The translations under genes were made by a program, and so were the position numbers. Shown in pieces: positions 9,629-18,763 of a stretch of DNA of 64,000 nucleotides. The DNA comes from Candidatus Ozemobacteraceae bacterium (GTDB lineage Bacteria > Muiribacteriota > Ozemobacteria > Ozemobacterales > Ozemobacteraceae): contig OZ223236.1 in NCBI GenBank assembly GCA_965140445.1, positions 4,160,001 through 4,224,000 of the forward strand. The letters run 5' to 3'. Each line of letters starts with the position of its first letter. The stretch's first letter is position 1. The notes under the pieces are model-generated. The model searched no databases and had not been told where the DNA came from. It worked only from the letters and a program-made list of their open reading frames with translations.

Positions 9629-10990
9629 ATGAAAAGTAAAGTTGATCTAACTCAGGGGCCAGTTTTCCCCGCAATTTTAAAAATGACCTTACCCATGATG
9701 GTTGGAATGGTTGGGATGGTCGCCTTTAATCTGGTAGACACCTACTTCGTAGGTCAGCTAGGCACAGAAGCACTGGCAGCAATGGGTTTTACCCTTCCCG
9801 TTGTCATGATGCAGGGTGCAATTTCTATGGGGCTTGGAGTCGGCGCTTCTGCCGTGATTTCAAGAGCAATTGGAAGAAACGATTCCGAGCAGGTAAAAAG
9901 GCTCACAACTGACGCATTAATTCTTTCTTTTTTGATTGTGATTGTATTTGTTGTGTTTGGTCTTTTAACCATTGATCCTTTGTTCTCTGCGCTTGGAGCG
10001 AGCAAAGCCAACCTTGTTTTAATAAAAAAATACATGCATATCTGGTATTTTGGGGTGGCATGCGTTGTAATCCCAATGGTCGGTAATAACGCTATAAGGG
10101 CAGCGGGAAATACCGTAATTCCAAGCATAGTTATGCTAACTGCAATTTTCCTAAATGTGGTTCTTGATCCATTACTAATTTTTGGCTACGGCCCTTTTCC
10201 AAGACTAGAACTGGAAGGGGCTGCTATAGCAACAGTTATAGCGAGATCTGTAACTCTGGTCGTATCGCTTCTCTTCCTCCATTTTAAATTCAACATGTTA
10301 ACTTTCAAATTTGAGGGAATAAATAAAACGATCGATTCATGGATGAAAGTCATTTTCATTGGCGTCCCGGCTGCATTCACCCAGGTTTTGATTCCACTCT
10401 CAATGGGATTTATAACTAAACTGATCTCAGCAGAAGGAAACTCTGCTGTAGCCGCATTTGGCGTTTGCAGCAGATTAGAAATGTTTGTATTGTCTCCATT
10501 AATCTCTCTGGGCGCAGTAATTACGCCATTTACAGGACAAAACTTTGGAGCAGGAAAAATAGACAGGATAAAAACCGGATTAAAATACAGCTCGATATTT
10601 TCACTAATTTTAGGAGTTTGTATCTGGGTTTTATTCTATTTCTACGGCGAACTATTTGGCAGTTTTTTCAATGATTCAAAAGAGGTTTCAGTGATTGTAG
10701 GATTATATTTTTTATACGTGGCCGTATCTTATGGATTTCATGGTCTCTCAATGCTTATAGCATCAATATTTAATGCTTTGAACAAACCCTTTGCCGCTTT
10801 AGCAGTTAACTTTATAAAGCTAATTGTGCTCTTAATCCCGCTTTGCTACTGGGGAGAACATCATCTGGGATTAAAGGGAGTGTTTTTGGGAATCACTATC
10901 TCTTATGCCTTATCAGGTATTGGAGCATGGTTTTTCATTCAACATTTCTTAAAAAAACTGAACCTTCCAGTTGAAAACAAAAACGTTTAA
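9629..10990 (+). CDS. MATE family efflux transporter
   Basis: NLVDTYFVGQLG, LDPLLIFG and GAAIAT motifs; about 12 TM. Confidence 0.93.
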   Translation: MKSKVDLTQGPVFPAILKMTLPMMVGMVGMVAFNLVDTYFVGQLGTEALAAMGFTLPVVMMQGAISMGLGVGASAVISRAIGRNDSEQVKRLTTDALILSFLIVIVFVVFGLLTIDPLFSALGASKANLVLIKKYMHIWYFGVACVVIPMVGNNAIRAAGNTVIPSIVMLTAIFLNVVLDPLLIFGYGPFPRLELEGAAIATVIARSVTLVVSLLFLHFKFNMLTFKFEGINKTIDSWMKVIFIGVPAAFTQVLIPLSMGFITKLISAEGNSAVAAFGVCSRLEMFVLSPLISLGAVITPFTGQNFGAGKIDRIKTGLKYSSIFSLILGVCIWVLFYFYGELFGSFFNDSKEVSVIVGLYFLYVAVSYGFHGLSMLIASIFNALNKPFAALAVNFIKLIVLLIPLCYWGEHHLGLKGVFLGITISYALSGIGAWFFIQHFLKKLNLPVENKNV

Positions 10991-11086
10991 AAAATAAAAA
11001 GCTCTGTTTCCTGATCTTTCAATTATATTCTCCATGACTTTAAAGAGAGATCAATTGAAAACCTCCTTTTGGTAAAATTTCCATAA

Positions 11087-11125
11087 AAAAACGACTTCAG
11101 AGAAATTCACTCTGAAGCCGTTTTT
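11087..11125. terminator. Bidirectional intrinsic terminator
   Basis: AAAAACGACTTCAGAG...CTCTGAAGCCGTTTTT between convergent genes. Confidence 0.75.
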
Positions 11126-11140
11126 ATTATTAGTTATTTC

Positions 11141-12940
11141 TTATTTATCAGCCAATTTATTGAACTTCATTACTTCATTTACCATTTTGAAGGCATCAGA
11201 AGATTTGAGTATTCTACTTGAAATCATGTAATCGCTGATCATTTTCAAAATGTCTTTATTTTGTCTAACAGCCGTAATCTGCTGCTTCAGCTGAGCTCTA
11301 AGCTCTTCTTCACTTTTCTTCAGGAAATCATTGTAGCTTTCTTTCTTGCCAAAAATTTTGGCAAATAAACCGCCGCTTCTTTCTGCCAAAGCTTTAAGAG
11401 TTGCCTCATATTTCTTGAGCTCAACAACCTTGCTTCCAGAAATCATGAATACTCTTTCATAACCATTAGGCTCTTCTGGGGTATAAAAATATTTGCGGCT
11501 ATAGCTTAGTTCCAGCTTATTATTACCGAAACTAGCAGGAATCTGAATCACAGAACCAGCTCTAACTTTTACAACTTTTCCGTTCAACTTTACCTGTAAC
11601 TTCGAAGGTTGGATTTTCTTACCTTCATGGTTCAAAAATCTTACAACGATTTCATTTTTTCCGGGTCTTACATCGGCGATAATTCTGTGTGGGAAAACGA
11701 TTCCCTGGTAAAAGAATTTTACTGGAAATGCTCTAAGTCTTGGACCATAAAAACTATCTTCAAGATAATCTCTTTTGTTCTTACCAAATGTTTCATAATA
11801 AAGAACTACGGGCTCACCTTTTAAAACACCAGTCCCAACGATATTAACAGCATGAACACCCTGAACTGTTAAAGAAACCTTATCTTTAAAAAGTCTTGAA
11901 GTATGCTGGGCATACATAATTCCATAGCGCTGTAAATCTTGTTTAATTTTTTCTACCTTGCCGTTGCACTTGTTAAAGGAATTCATAAAAGGAAGATCCA
12001 TTCCAAAAGCATTGGCTGGGATTTTATGGGTAAGTTGCTTTTTCAATGGGTCTTTGAAGCTTTTGGGGGCATCAATTGAACTCATTATATAAGCGTAATT
12101 TTTAGGTGAATAAGGAATCTTTTCGCCAGTAACTCTGTCCAGGCCAGTTTCTTTGATAAAAGCATACGGGCACTTAGGAAAATTGAAATACAGGCTTTCA
12201 ACGATTCTTGGGTTCATTCCAAATTCTCTTGCACCATTTACAAATGAATCATACTTACCAAGTTTGTTTCCCTGAGCAATATTCCACCAGTCACTTGCCA
12301 AAGACGCTGCATAAGAGAGACATTTGGATGAAGCTGTTCGTCTACCAAGAGTAGATTTAAGACCATTTTTGCTTGTGTATTCTTCTCTTTCCTCCTGGGT
12401 TTTAGAAGGAAGCATATCGATATAATCAATAATGAAAGCATTCTGTAGATCACTAAGCTCAACAGGAGTTCCGGCTGAATAATTATCCTGAATTGGAACA
12501 AGCTCTTTTAATTCTTCGAGCTCGTTGGCTTTTTTTGCTGAATTCCATTTTTGCGCGTCAACTTTGAATAGAGGTGTTCCTGTTTTATCCCATATAAGAT
12601 AAGAAAGAACCTGTTTTCCATCAGAAGAAACCTGGAAAAAGCCACCTATCTGCTTTTCTGAAAGCTTGAGTGGAACCAGAATTTTAGCAGCTTTTTCGCC
12701 GATAAACATGGTTTTTGGCTCAGCAACTTCGGGATATTTTTTTAGAACTTTTAATAATTCACGATAAAAATCTGTGTATCTTCCAAGATTTCGTGCAAAC
12801 TCTGATTTGCCAGCCAAAGCCGATTTAATCTCAGTTTTAACAGTATTTAAAGCCGTTTGTTCTGTTGCGGTCATTGCAAAACTGCAAGTGGCAACCACAG
12901 CAAACATTAGAATCAGACAACAATATCTAATTGCTTTCAA
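11141..12940 (-). CDS. Secreted protein with putative papain-fold cysteine peptidase domain
   Basis: Signal peptide; SSKCLSYA, GVHAVNIVGTG and YYETFG motifs. Confidence 0.5.
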   Translation of the reverse strand: MKAIRYCCLILMFAVVATCSFAMTATEQTALNTVKTEIKSALAGKSEFARNLGRYTDFYRELLKVLKKYPEVAEPKTMFIGEKAAKILVPLKLSEKQIGGFFQVSSDGKQVLSYLIWDKTGTPLFKVDAQKWNSAKKANELEELKELVPIQDNYSAGTPVELSDLQNAFIIDYIDMLPSKTQEEREEYTSKNGLKSTLGRRTASSKCLSYAASLASDWWNIAQGNKLGKYDSFVNGAREFGMNPRIVESLYFNFPKCPYAFIKETGLDRVTGEKIPYSPKNYAYIMSSIDAPKSFKDPLKKQLTHKIPANAFGMDLPFMNSFNKCNGKVEKIKQDLQRYGIMYAQHTSRLFKDKVSLTVQGVHAVNIVGTGVLKGEPVVLYYETFGKNKRDYLEDSFYGPRLRAFPVKFFYQGIVFPHRIIADVRPGKNEIVVRFLNHEGKKIQPSKLQVKLNGKVVKVRAGSVIQIPASFGNNKLELSYSRKYFYTPEEPNGYERVFMISGSKVVELKKYEATLKALAERSGGLFAKIFGKKESYNDFLKKSEEELRAQLKQQITAVRQNKDILKMISDYMISSRILKSSDAFKMVNEVMKFNKLADK

Positions 12941-12971
12941 AATGTACCCCCAAAGTTAAAGCTATTTGTTT

Positions 12972-13000
12972 ATTATACTGACAATTTTTTGGATTGCCAA
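12972..13000 (-). promoter_or_regulatory. Sigma70-type promoter
   Basis: Minus strand TTGGCA-17 nt-TATAAT. Confidence 0.6.
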
Positions 13001-13045
13001 ATCAGTTGAGCTAAATAGTACAACCGGACTCAAAAAGACATGCTT

Positions 13046-14533
13046 TTAATCAAGATATCTGACCAGCTCTTCAAAAGAATCAAATTTAACGGAAAAGAGC
13101 TCTCGTATTGCGCTCCTTTGTGAAGAAGAAACTTCAGATGGTAATGCTTCCAAAAGATCGCTGGTTTCTTTTATCTTATTTATTCCAACATGCTTTAAAG
13201 AAAAGGTTTTCATAGTCCTGTAAAAGTTTTTACTTCCAAGAATCTTCTTTGCTTTCAGCAGAAATAGAGGGAATTTAGTTACCTGTAAATCTTTAGCGCC
13301 TTGAAAGATAATTGGGTCTTTTTCTGGATCAACAGCGTATTCTTCCAAATCTCTTTCTAGTGGGAAATCTTTTCTGTCTCCATCAAAATATCGCTTTAAT
13401 TCAGATAAAACCCTATCTTGCCAAAGCTTCTCGGCCTCTTTTCCTAAGACTTCTCTACAAGCAAGTCCTGACATAACTTCTGGGACCCCCTCGACAAAGC
13501 ACATTATTGGGGAGTTGTTTATCAGAATTCCATACCAATGGTGGGCTATTTCATGAGCAAAGAAAGTAAAAGCCGAAACACTGGCTTTCTCAGGAGATAA
13601 GCTTTGAAAATACTCACAGAAATCTGAAGCTATAACTACAGTTTCAGAGTATTTTCCATAGCCCCACCTGGAAGGAAATAAATCCGAAAAAACAAGTGTT
13701 TGCGATTGATACGGATATGGGAAAAGAACCCGACTGTGATGAGATATAATATCTCCAACCGTTGAAATAAATTTATCTGCTAATTTAATATTTTTTTCAG
13801 GAATAAAAACACCAATCTTAATTCCTGAGACAACTTGTTGAATTAATTTATGATGAGAGCTATAAAAAAGAGAAAAACCACCAGCTCTTAGCCCCTTACC
13901 AATCTTCCACGAGGTTGTATTCACTCCGAATTCTGCTTTTTTACTTATCAATTGCCCAGTAGCAATTGCTTCATAATTATCTGGCAGAGCAATGGTAAGT
14001 TTACAGCCTCTTATATCTTGTGGCTCCTGCATGCGCGGAACCCAAGGGTGCCAATAATCATCCACAACCAATTGGCCAAATCCCTTTGCTAAAGCTGTTC
14101 TTGTAAAACCAGATAGCTTTTCCCCAGTTACGGTTTCATCGCTGCTAACTTTTGCATCTGGTAACTTTCCAGAATAAGATATTTTAAGACGATTTCTCCC
14201 TGGCTTCATTTCTGGAAAAATAATTAAAATCCCTTTTCGTTGAAAAGGGATTTTGCTCCATTGATTGTTTTCGAAGATAAGTGTTTCATCAACTCTTAAT
14301 GTCTTCCATAGGCCAAGAAAAGGTGCTTTGTCGTTGCGCTGTGGAAAAGAAATATCCAAATCTGCGACACCCTTTACAAAAGCCTTTTCCGGGTTTAAAA
14401 CAACTTTAAAATCTGCTCTATTAACCTTATAGGTGCCTGCAAATAAAAGATTCGAAAAGCATAAGAATAAGGCAAAAAACAAAAAAAAGAATTTATTCTT
14501 TGTCAGAATTTTATTAATTTTCATCTGGCACAT
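13046..14533 (-). CDS. M1 family (gluzincin) aminopeptidase, secreted
   Basis: AHEIAHHWYG followed by EG; signal peptide. Confidence 0.85.
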   Translation of the reverse strand: MCQMKINKILTKNKFFFLFFALFLCFSNLLFAGTYKVNRADFKVVLNPEKAFVKGVADLDISFPQRNDKAPFLGLWKTLRVDETLIFENNQWSKIPFQRKGILIIFPEMKPGRNRLKISYSGKLPDAKVSSDETVTGEKLSGFTRTALAKGFGQLVVDDYWHPWVPRMQEPQDIRGCKLTIALPDNYEAIATGQLISKKAEFGVNTTSWKIGKGLRAGGFSLFYSSHHKLIQQVVSGIKIGVFIPEKNIKLADKFISTVGDIISHHSRVLFPYPYQSQTLVFSDLFPSRWGYGKYSETVVIASDFCEYFQSLSPEKASVSAFTFFAHEIAHHWYGILINNSPIMCFVEGVPEVMSGLACREVLGKEAEKLWQDRVLSELKRYFDGDRKDFPLERDLEEYAVDPEKDPIIFQGAKDLQVTKFPLFLLKAKKILGSKNFYRTMKTFSLKHVGINKIKETSDLLEALPSEVSSSQRSAIRELFSVKFDSFEELVRYLD

Positions 14534-14613
14534 CCAAAAAGATTTTATAGAATTTTAACATTTTTTACAAAATCCGTGCAATGCGAAGCGCCCTTCTAAG
14601 AAATAAAAAGAAA

Positions 14614-15228
14614 TTATTGGCACAGACTCAATTGAACAGTGATTTCAACAGCTCGAAGCAACTTTTGCAAACGGGCTTCACGGCCAAGGGGGATTCTATC
14701 TGAAGGTTGTAGTCGCCCAGGAATATGAATAAAACCGCCCTTCATATTCGATTCATTTTCCCAGATATGGTGCATCAGACGATAAAAAACATGATTGCAA
14801 ACAAAAGTGCCAGTTGAATAAGAAATTTCTGAGCTAATATCCTCCTCATGCAGCTGGGTGAGAATATTGTTTACTGGTAAATTTGAGAAAAAGCCATCCG
14901 GAGCTCCCTTTACAATTCTTGAAGACTGCGGCCTATTGCCTTCATTGTCTTTAATTCGAGCATCTTCAAGATTAATGGCAACTTTTTCGATTGAATAACG
15001 GCTGCGACTAAGAGCCTGGCCAAGACACAAGGTAAGATCAGGGTTAAAATCCTCTATGGCTTTTAAAAGCATATCGGAGGACTTTCCAAAAACGGTCGGC
15101 AAAAAAAGCTTTCTTAATTGAATATTCTCTTCTGGAATAAATTCTTTTAAAACAGTTTCAGAAATGTTTGTCTGCTCGCCAGCAAACGGATCGAACGCAG
15201 AAATCAAAACTCGAGGCTTATTGCTCAT
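14614..15228 (-). CDS. pcp: Pyroglutamyl-peptidase I (C15)
   Basis: FDPF, EKVAIN, GTFVCNHVFY and GFIHIP motifs; start probably at ATG 15228. Confidence 0.92.
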   Translation of the reverse strand: MSNKPRVLISAFDPFAGEQTNISETVLKEFIPEENIQLRKLFLPTVFGKSSDMLLKAIEDFNPDLTLCLGQALSRSRYSIEKVAINLEDARIKDNEGNRPQSSRIVKGAPDGFFSNLPVNNILTQLHEEDISSEISYSTGTFVCNHVFYRLMHHIWENESNMKGGFIHIPGRLQPSDRIPLGREARLQKLLRAVEITVQLSLCQ

Positions 15229-16609
15229 CAAAGACCACCGGTATTCCATATTTTACAGCATTGGTTATGTATATATTAAAAGCTTCGTCCAGATCAACCT
15301 TTCTATTTTTAAATTCATCGAGACTTTTTTCTACAAGTCGATATCCAGGGTTGTAGCCAGATAAGAAATTTCTTATTTTTCCAACCACGTATTCCTGTTG
15401 AGTAATCATCCCGGAGTGGGCGGCATTTTTTACCACTACCAGTTTGCAGTTGTCGCCAATTCCACTCTTAATTAGACGGGCATAATTAGCTGGTGTAACG
15501 AAATCAAATTCCCCTACAATCATAAGAGTAGGCACCTTGATCTGGCCAAGTTTTGAAATTACATCGTATCCCGAAAAAGATTTAAAGTGAAAATCGCTCT
15601 GAAAATCTCTTCTCGATAAGTAGATGTATTTTTTCATCCAATCTAGAGTGTATGGATATGAATCAGCCTGCCCGTTCAAGGCAGAAATTTTTGTTTCGTC
15701 AAGCATTTCATAACATTGTACAGAGAGTAGAGTTGGGTTTAACTGGCTGTAGGAAGCTCGATCCATAGCTTCGCGCCTTTTTTTGGCGCCACCAAGCAAT
15801 CGATTTAACAGAGGTGATTCACCCAGTTGGGCAATCTGCTGGGTCATCAAAGCCATATACGATTGCCCATTAAAGGAATATGTTAGCGAAAGAATTACCA
15901 GCAAATACTCATCAGCAGTAATTGTATAAGTTGAATTAACCTGTCCATTTTTAAACTTATCAATGGCTGTAACCATGTAATCAGATAGTCCGGGAAAAGG
16001 ACCGTCATTTAGTAGTTTTATCCCGCCACTGAAGTTCTGATGCATGTTTGTAAAATATGCATTACTTGGGGAGGTATCATGCAAAACCAGTTTTTCAAGA
16101 GAGTCTTGATAGTTAATAGCAAAATAAAGAGCAACCATCCCACCATAAGACTCACCCATAACGCTGATTTTGTCTTTTTTAATGACCTGCTTTCGCAACT
16201 CTTCAATATCTCTGCAAATATTTTCCATTCCAAAACGCCCCAAATCATGGCGCATTAAATTTGCATAATCAAGTTTTGAAGAATTACCGTTACCTCTTTG
16301 ATCAAAGTAGTAAACATCATAATCAGTTCTTAAACTTTGAAGGTAATCTTTTAGGTATTTTCCATTACTGGTAGTCTGATGAAAACCGTCATGTGTACTA
16401 CCAGGGCCGCCATTTATCATAACAATAGCTTTTGGGGAATTGGAGGTAGATTTGAGCTTTTCCCAGTAAATTTCCAGTTTCTGGCTACCTGAAAATTCAT
16501 AGTTTTCCGGTACCTTAATGGTTCCCCATTCATAATCCTTAATACTGGGAATCCCACCAAAGCTAGAAGTTGCAACCAAAATAAAAAATGCCAAAAAAAA
16601 CTTTCGCAC
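15218..16609 (-). CDS. Secreted alpha/beta hydrolase (S33 prolyl aminopeptidase-like)
   Basis: NGGPG, DQRGNG, GESYGG, GEFD and AAH motifs; signal peptide. Confidence 0.85.
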   Translation of the reverse strand: MRKFFLAFFILVATSSFGGIPSIKDYEWGTIKVPENYEFSGSQKLEIYWEKLKSTSNSPKAIVMINGGPGSTHDGFHQTTSNGKYLKDYLQSLRTDYDVYYFDQRGNGNSSKLDYANLMRHDLGRFGMENICRDIEELRKQVIKKDKISVMGESYGGMVALYFAINYQDSLEKLVLHDTSPSNAYFTNMHQNFSGGIKLLNDGPFPGLSDYMVTAIDKFKNGQVNSTYTITADEYLLVILSLTYSFNGQSYMALMTQQIAQLGESPLLNRLLGGAKKRREAMDRASYSQLNPTLLSVQCYEMLDETKISALNGQADSYPYTLDWMKKYIYLSRRDFQSDFHFKSFSGYDVISKLGQIKVPTLMIVGEFDFVTPANYARLIKSGIGDNCKLVVVKNAAHSGMITQQEYVVGKIRNFLSGYNPGYRLVEKSLDEFKNRKVDLDEAFNIYITNAVKYGIPVVFDEQ

Positions 16610-16794
16610 TATTCTTCTCTCCCAATTTTGCTTGTCTATAAATTATGTACCTTTTCTGAATATGCGCAAGGAGCAAAACAAATTTGAGCAAGTTCGAAAT
16701 TTTTCGTGTGAATTTCTTTCAGCCATTACCACAGTTTTAATTCTGCTGTAGAAAGGTCTTTAAATCCATTTAGTTGGCTCTAATAAAATTAGAC

Positions 16795-16823
16795 TTGACT
16801 AACTTTTTAAGCTATGCTAATTT
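16795..16823 (+). promoter_or_regulatory. Sigma70-type promoter with extended -10
   Basis: TTGACT-17 nt-TAATTT with TG upstream of the -10. Confidence 0.5.
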
Positions 16824-16829
16824 TTACCT

Positions 16830-16923
16830 GTTCAATGATTAATTGTTATTTGCTATTAACGATTCAATAATTGATTAAGTATACTCCTTCACACCCGGCT
16901 CGAAAGAACCGGGTTTCTTTTTT
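16830..16923 (+). ncRNA. Candidate small RNA or attenuated leader
   Basis: Promoter upstream, terminator hairpin with T tract at the 3' end, no ORF, CTCCTTC anti-SD-like segment. Confidence 0.35.
16893..16923 (+). terminator. Intrinsic terminator upstream of the DUF2809 gene
   Basis: ACCCGGCTC-GAAA-GAACCGGGT followed by TTCTTTTTT. Confidence 0.7.
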
Positions 16924-16958
16924 AAGCTTAAGCTCAAATCCGACGGAGAATAAACTTA

Positions 16959-17342
16959 ATGAGCCGCAACAGAGCCATATATGCAGTAATTGTTTTTTTT
17001 ATCATTATATTGGGACTAACATCCCGATCCAGCCATTTTCCAGCAGGAATATTGAAAAACTATTCTGGTGACACTCTCTGGGCAATGATGATCTACACAA
17101 TTTTTGCTTTTTTAAAACCAGAAACAAGTATTAAGCGATTGTTTGTAGTATCCATCTTGTTTTGCTATCTAATAGAAATATCACAGCTCTACCACTCCCC
17201 TGCTATCGATTCTTTGCGGGAAAATCGTTTCGTGGCTTTAGTGCTTGGGCGAGGTTTTCTATGGTCTGACCTGGTTTGCTACTCAATTGGAGTATCACTC
17301 GCCTGCCTATTGGAAACTATAATTTATCGGAAAAGAGAATAA
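16959..17342 (+). CDS. DUF2809 family membrane protein
   Basis: GLTSR, YSGDTLWA, IEISQLYH and LGRGFLWSDLVCY motifs. Confidence 0.88.
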   Translation: MSRNRAIYAVIVFFIIILGLTSRSSHFPAGILKNYSGDTLWAMMIYTIFAFLKPETSIKRLFVVSILFCYLIEISQLYHSPAIDSLRENRFVALVLGRGFLWSDLVCYSIGVSLACLLETIIYRKRE

Positions 17343-17401
17343 ATCCTTCCCAAAAATAAAATCTGCATCTTACACCAGGACGAATAGACTAAACATAAAA
17401 A

Positions 17402-17434
17402 GCGAAGTAAATCCCTTTGCGGGAAATACTTCGC
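17402..17434. terminator. Terminator-like hairpin between convergent genes
   Basis: GCGAAGTA...TACTTCGC with internal TCCC/GGGA. Confidence 0.6.
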
Positions 17435-17459
17435 CTTTGCTTTTAAGGCTAAGAGTAAA

Positions 17460-17921
17460 TTATTTTTTCTTTTTGGCTTTTTCTTCAACAATCTGAAGGC
17501 GATTTAAACCATAAGATTCAAATTCTTCTTCAAATTGACCATAAATCTCTGCATAAGCTTCGAATTGCTCATCAAAGTCTTTTGGCAAATCATTTTGGAA
17601 ACGTTTTTCCATGGCTTCTTTTGAAAGACGATCTAACAATTCATCCCAGAAAGTATTTTCTTCGAATTCCTGAATGAATTTTGTAGCCTGAGCTTCTTCT
17701 TCCCAATCGTGATCAGGATAATAATCCTTGGTATCTTCCTGGAAATGAATTTGCTTTTCGCATCCGTTTTCATGGGCAAATTTATAGATTTTCTTAAGCA
17801 ACTTAACGTAGGGTGTCTTTCGATTATCTTCTTCGGCGTCGTTTGAAGTCATAACCCAATCAGACATTACCGCAAGCTCCACAAGTGTTTCTAGTTCTTT
17901 TTTAGTAAGTTTGAATTCCAT
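17460..17921 (-). CDS. Acidic hypothetical protein
   Basis: 153-aa ORF with AGGAG RBS; family not recognised. Confidence 0.7.
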   Translation of the reverse strand: MEFKLTKKELETLVELAVMSDWVMTSNDAEEDNRKTPYVKLLKKIYKFAHENGCEKQIHFQEDTKDYYPDHDWEEEAQATKFIQEFEENTFWDELLDRLSKEAMEKRFQNDLPKDFDEQFEAYAEIYGQFEEEFESYGLNRLQIVEEKAKKKK

Positions 17922-18018
17922 TTTAATTCTCCTTGTTGAGAGGCTCGTGACATTATAAATGAATCTAGTGTAAAAAGCTTCTTTTTAAGCAAAATAAGAT
18001 TTATTTGGCCGTTAAAAA

Positions 18019-18585
18019 TTATCTTTTTGGATTTTGTTTTTTGGATGTTTTGGATGTTTTGCCTGGTCCTGCAGGCCTGGCTTGTCTGGTAGCAGACCTT
18101 GCCTTGCCCTGAGGCTTAAATGAGCTTTTTACAGCATTTGAAAGATCAAAGTTTTTCATACATTCTTTTATTTCTGAAATCTTATTATAGTATTTCTGTA
18201 TGTCCAGAACGGGCTTCGCCGAACATTTTAAGGTCATTTTCCCATTCTGAACATCCCCAACCCATCGCAAATGCTTTTCCTGATAAGGCATGAGATTGTC
18301 GGTTTTAAGTATTTTTTCTAATTCGCTAAAAGGAATTGCGTAACAGTCCAGATTATCTTTGCTACGATAAATTATTATAGAAAAATCCTTCTTAAAGCTA
18401 TTTCTATAGTCCTCGATCTGGCCAGGCCAAATATTGAACCAGTATTTTGGCTGGGTCGATAAAATCATATAGTGCCTTTTACCAATTAAATCAGCGTTCT
18501 CATTAATGTAGTTGAAACTCTTGCTCTCAGAATCTTTTATTTTTGGGGCATCTGGAGAATTTGGAAGCTTTTTACCGTTAATCAT
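18019..18585 (-). CDS. Hypothetical protein with basic C-terminal tail
   Basis: 188-aa ORF with AGGA RBS. Confidence 0.65.
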   Translation of the reverse strand: MINGKKLPNSPDAPKIKDSESKSFNYINENADLIGKRHYMILSTQPKYWFNIWPGQIEDYRNSFKKDFSIIIYRSKDNLDCYAIPFSELEKILKTDNLMPYQEKHLRWVGDVQNGKMTLKCSAKPVLDIQKYYNKISEIKECMKNFDLSNAVKSSFKPQGKARSATRQARPAGPGKTSKTSKKQNPKR

Positions 18586-18763
18586 AGATTTCCTGTTTAT
18601 TATTTTAAAAATTGTTATGGAACTATTTTATATGCTTCACACTATAACATTTTACTTTCCCCATTTGTTTTTTGATTACACTCTTTCGCATAACATCATT
18701 TTCTACACAGCTGTGATTAATTTTGGTTTATAATTTAAAAAATTAAAATACCACTAGGAAAAA

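Noticed and set aside
18040..18060. Short tandem repeat TTGGATGTT
   Set aside because: Two copies encoding KTSKTSK in a low-complexity tail
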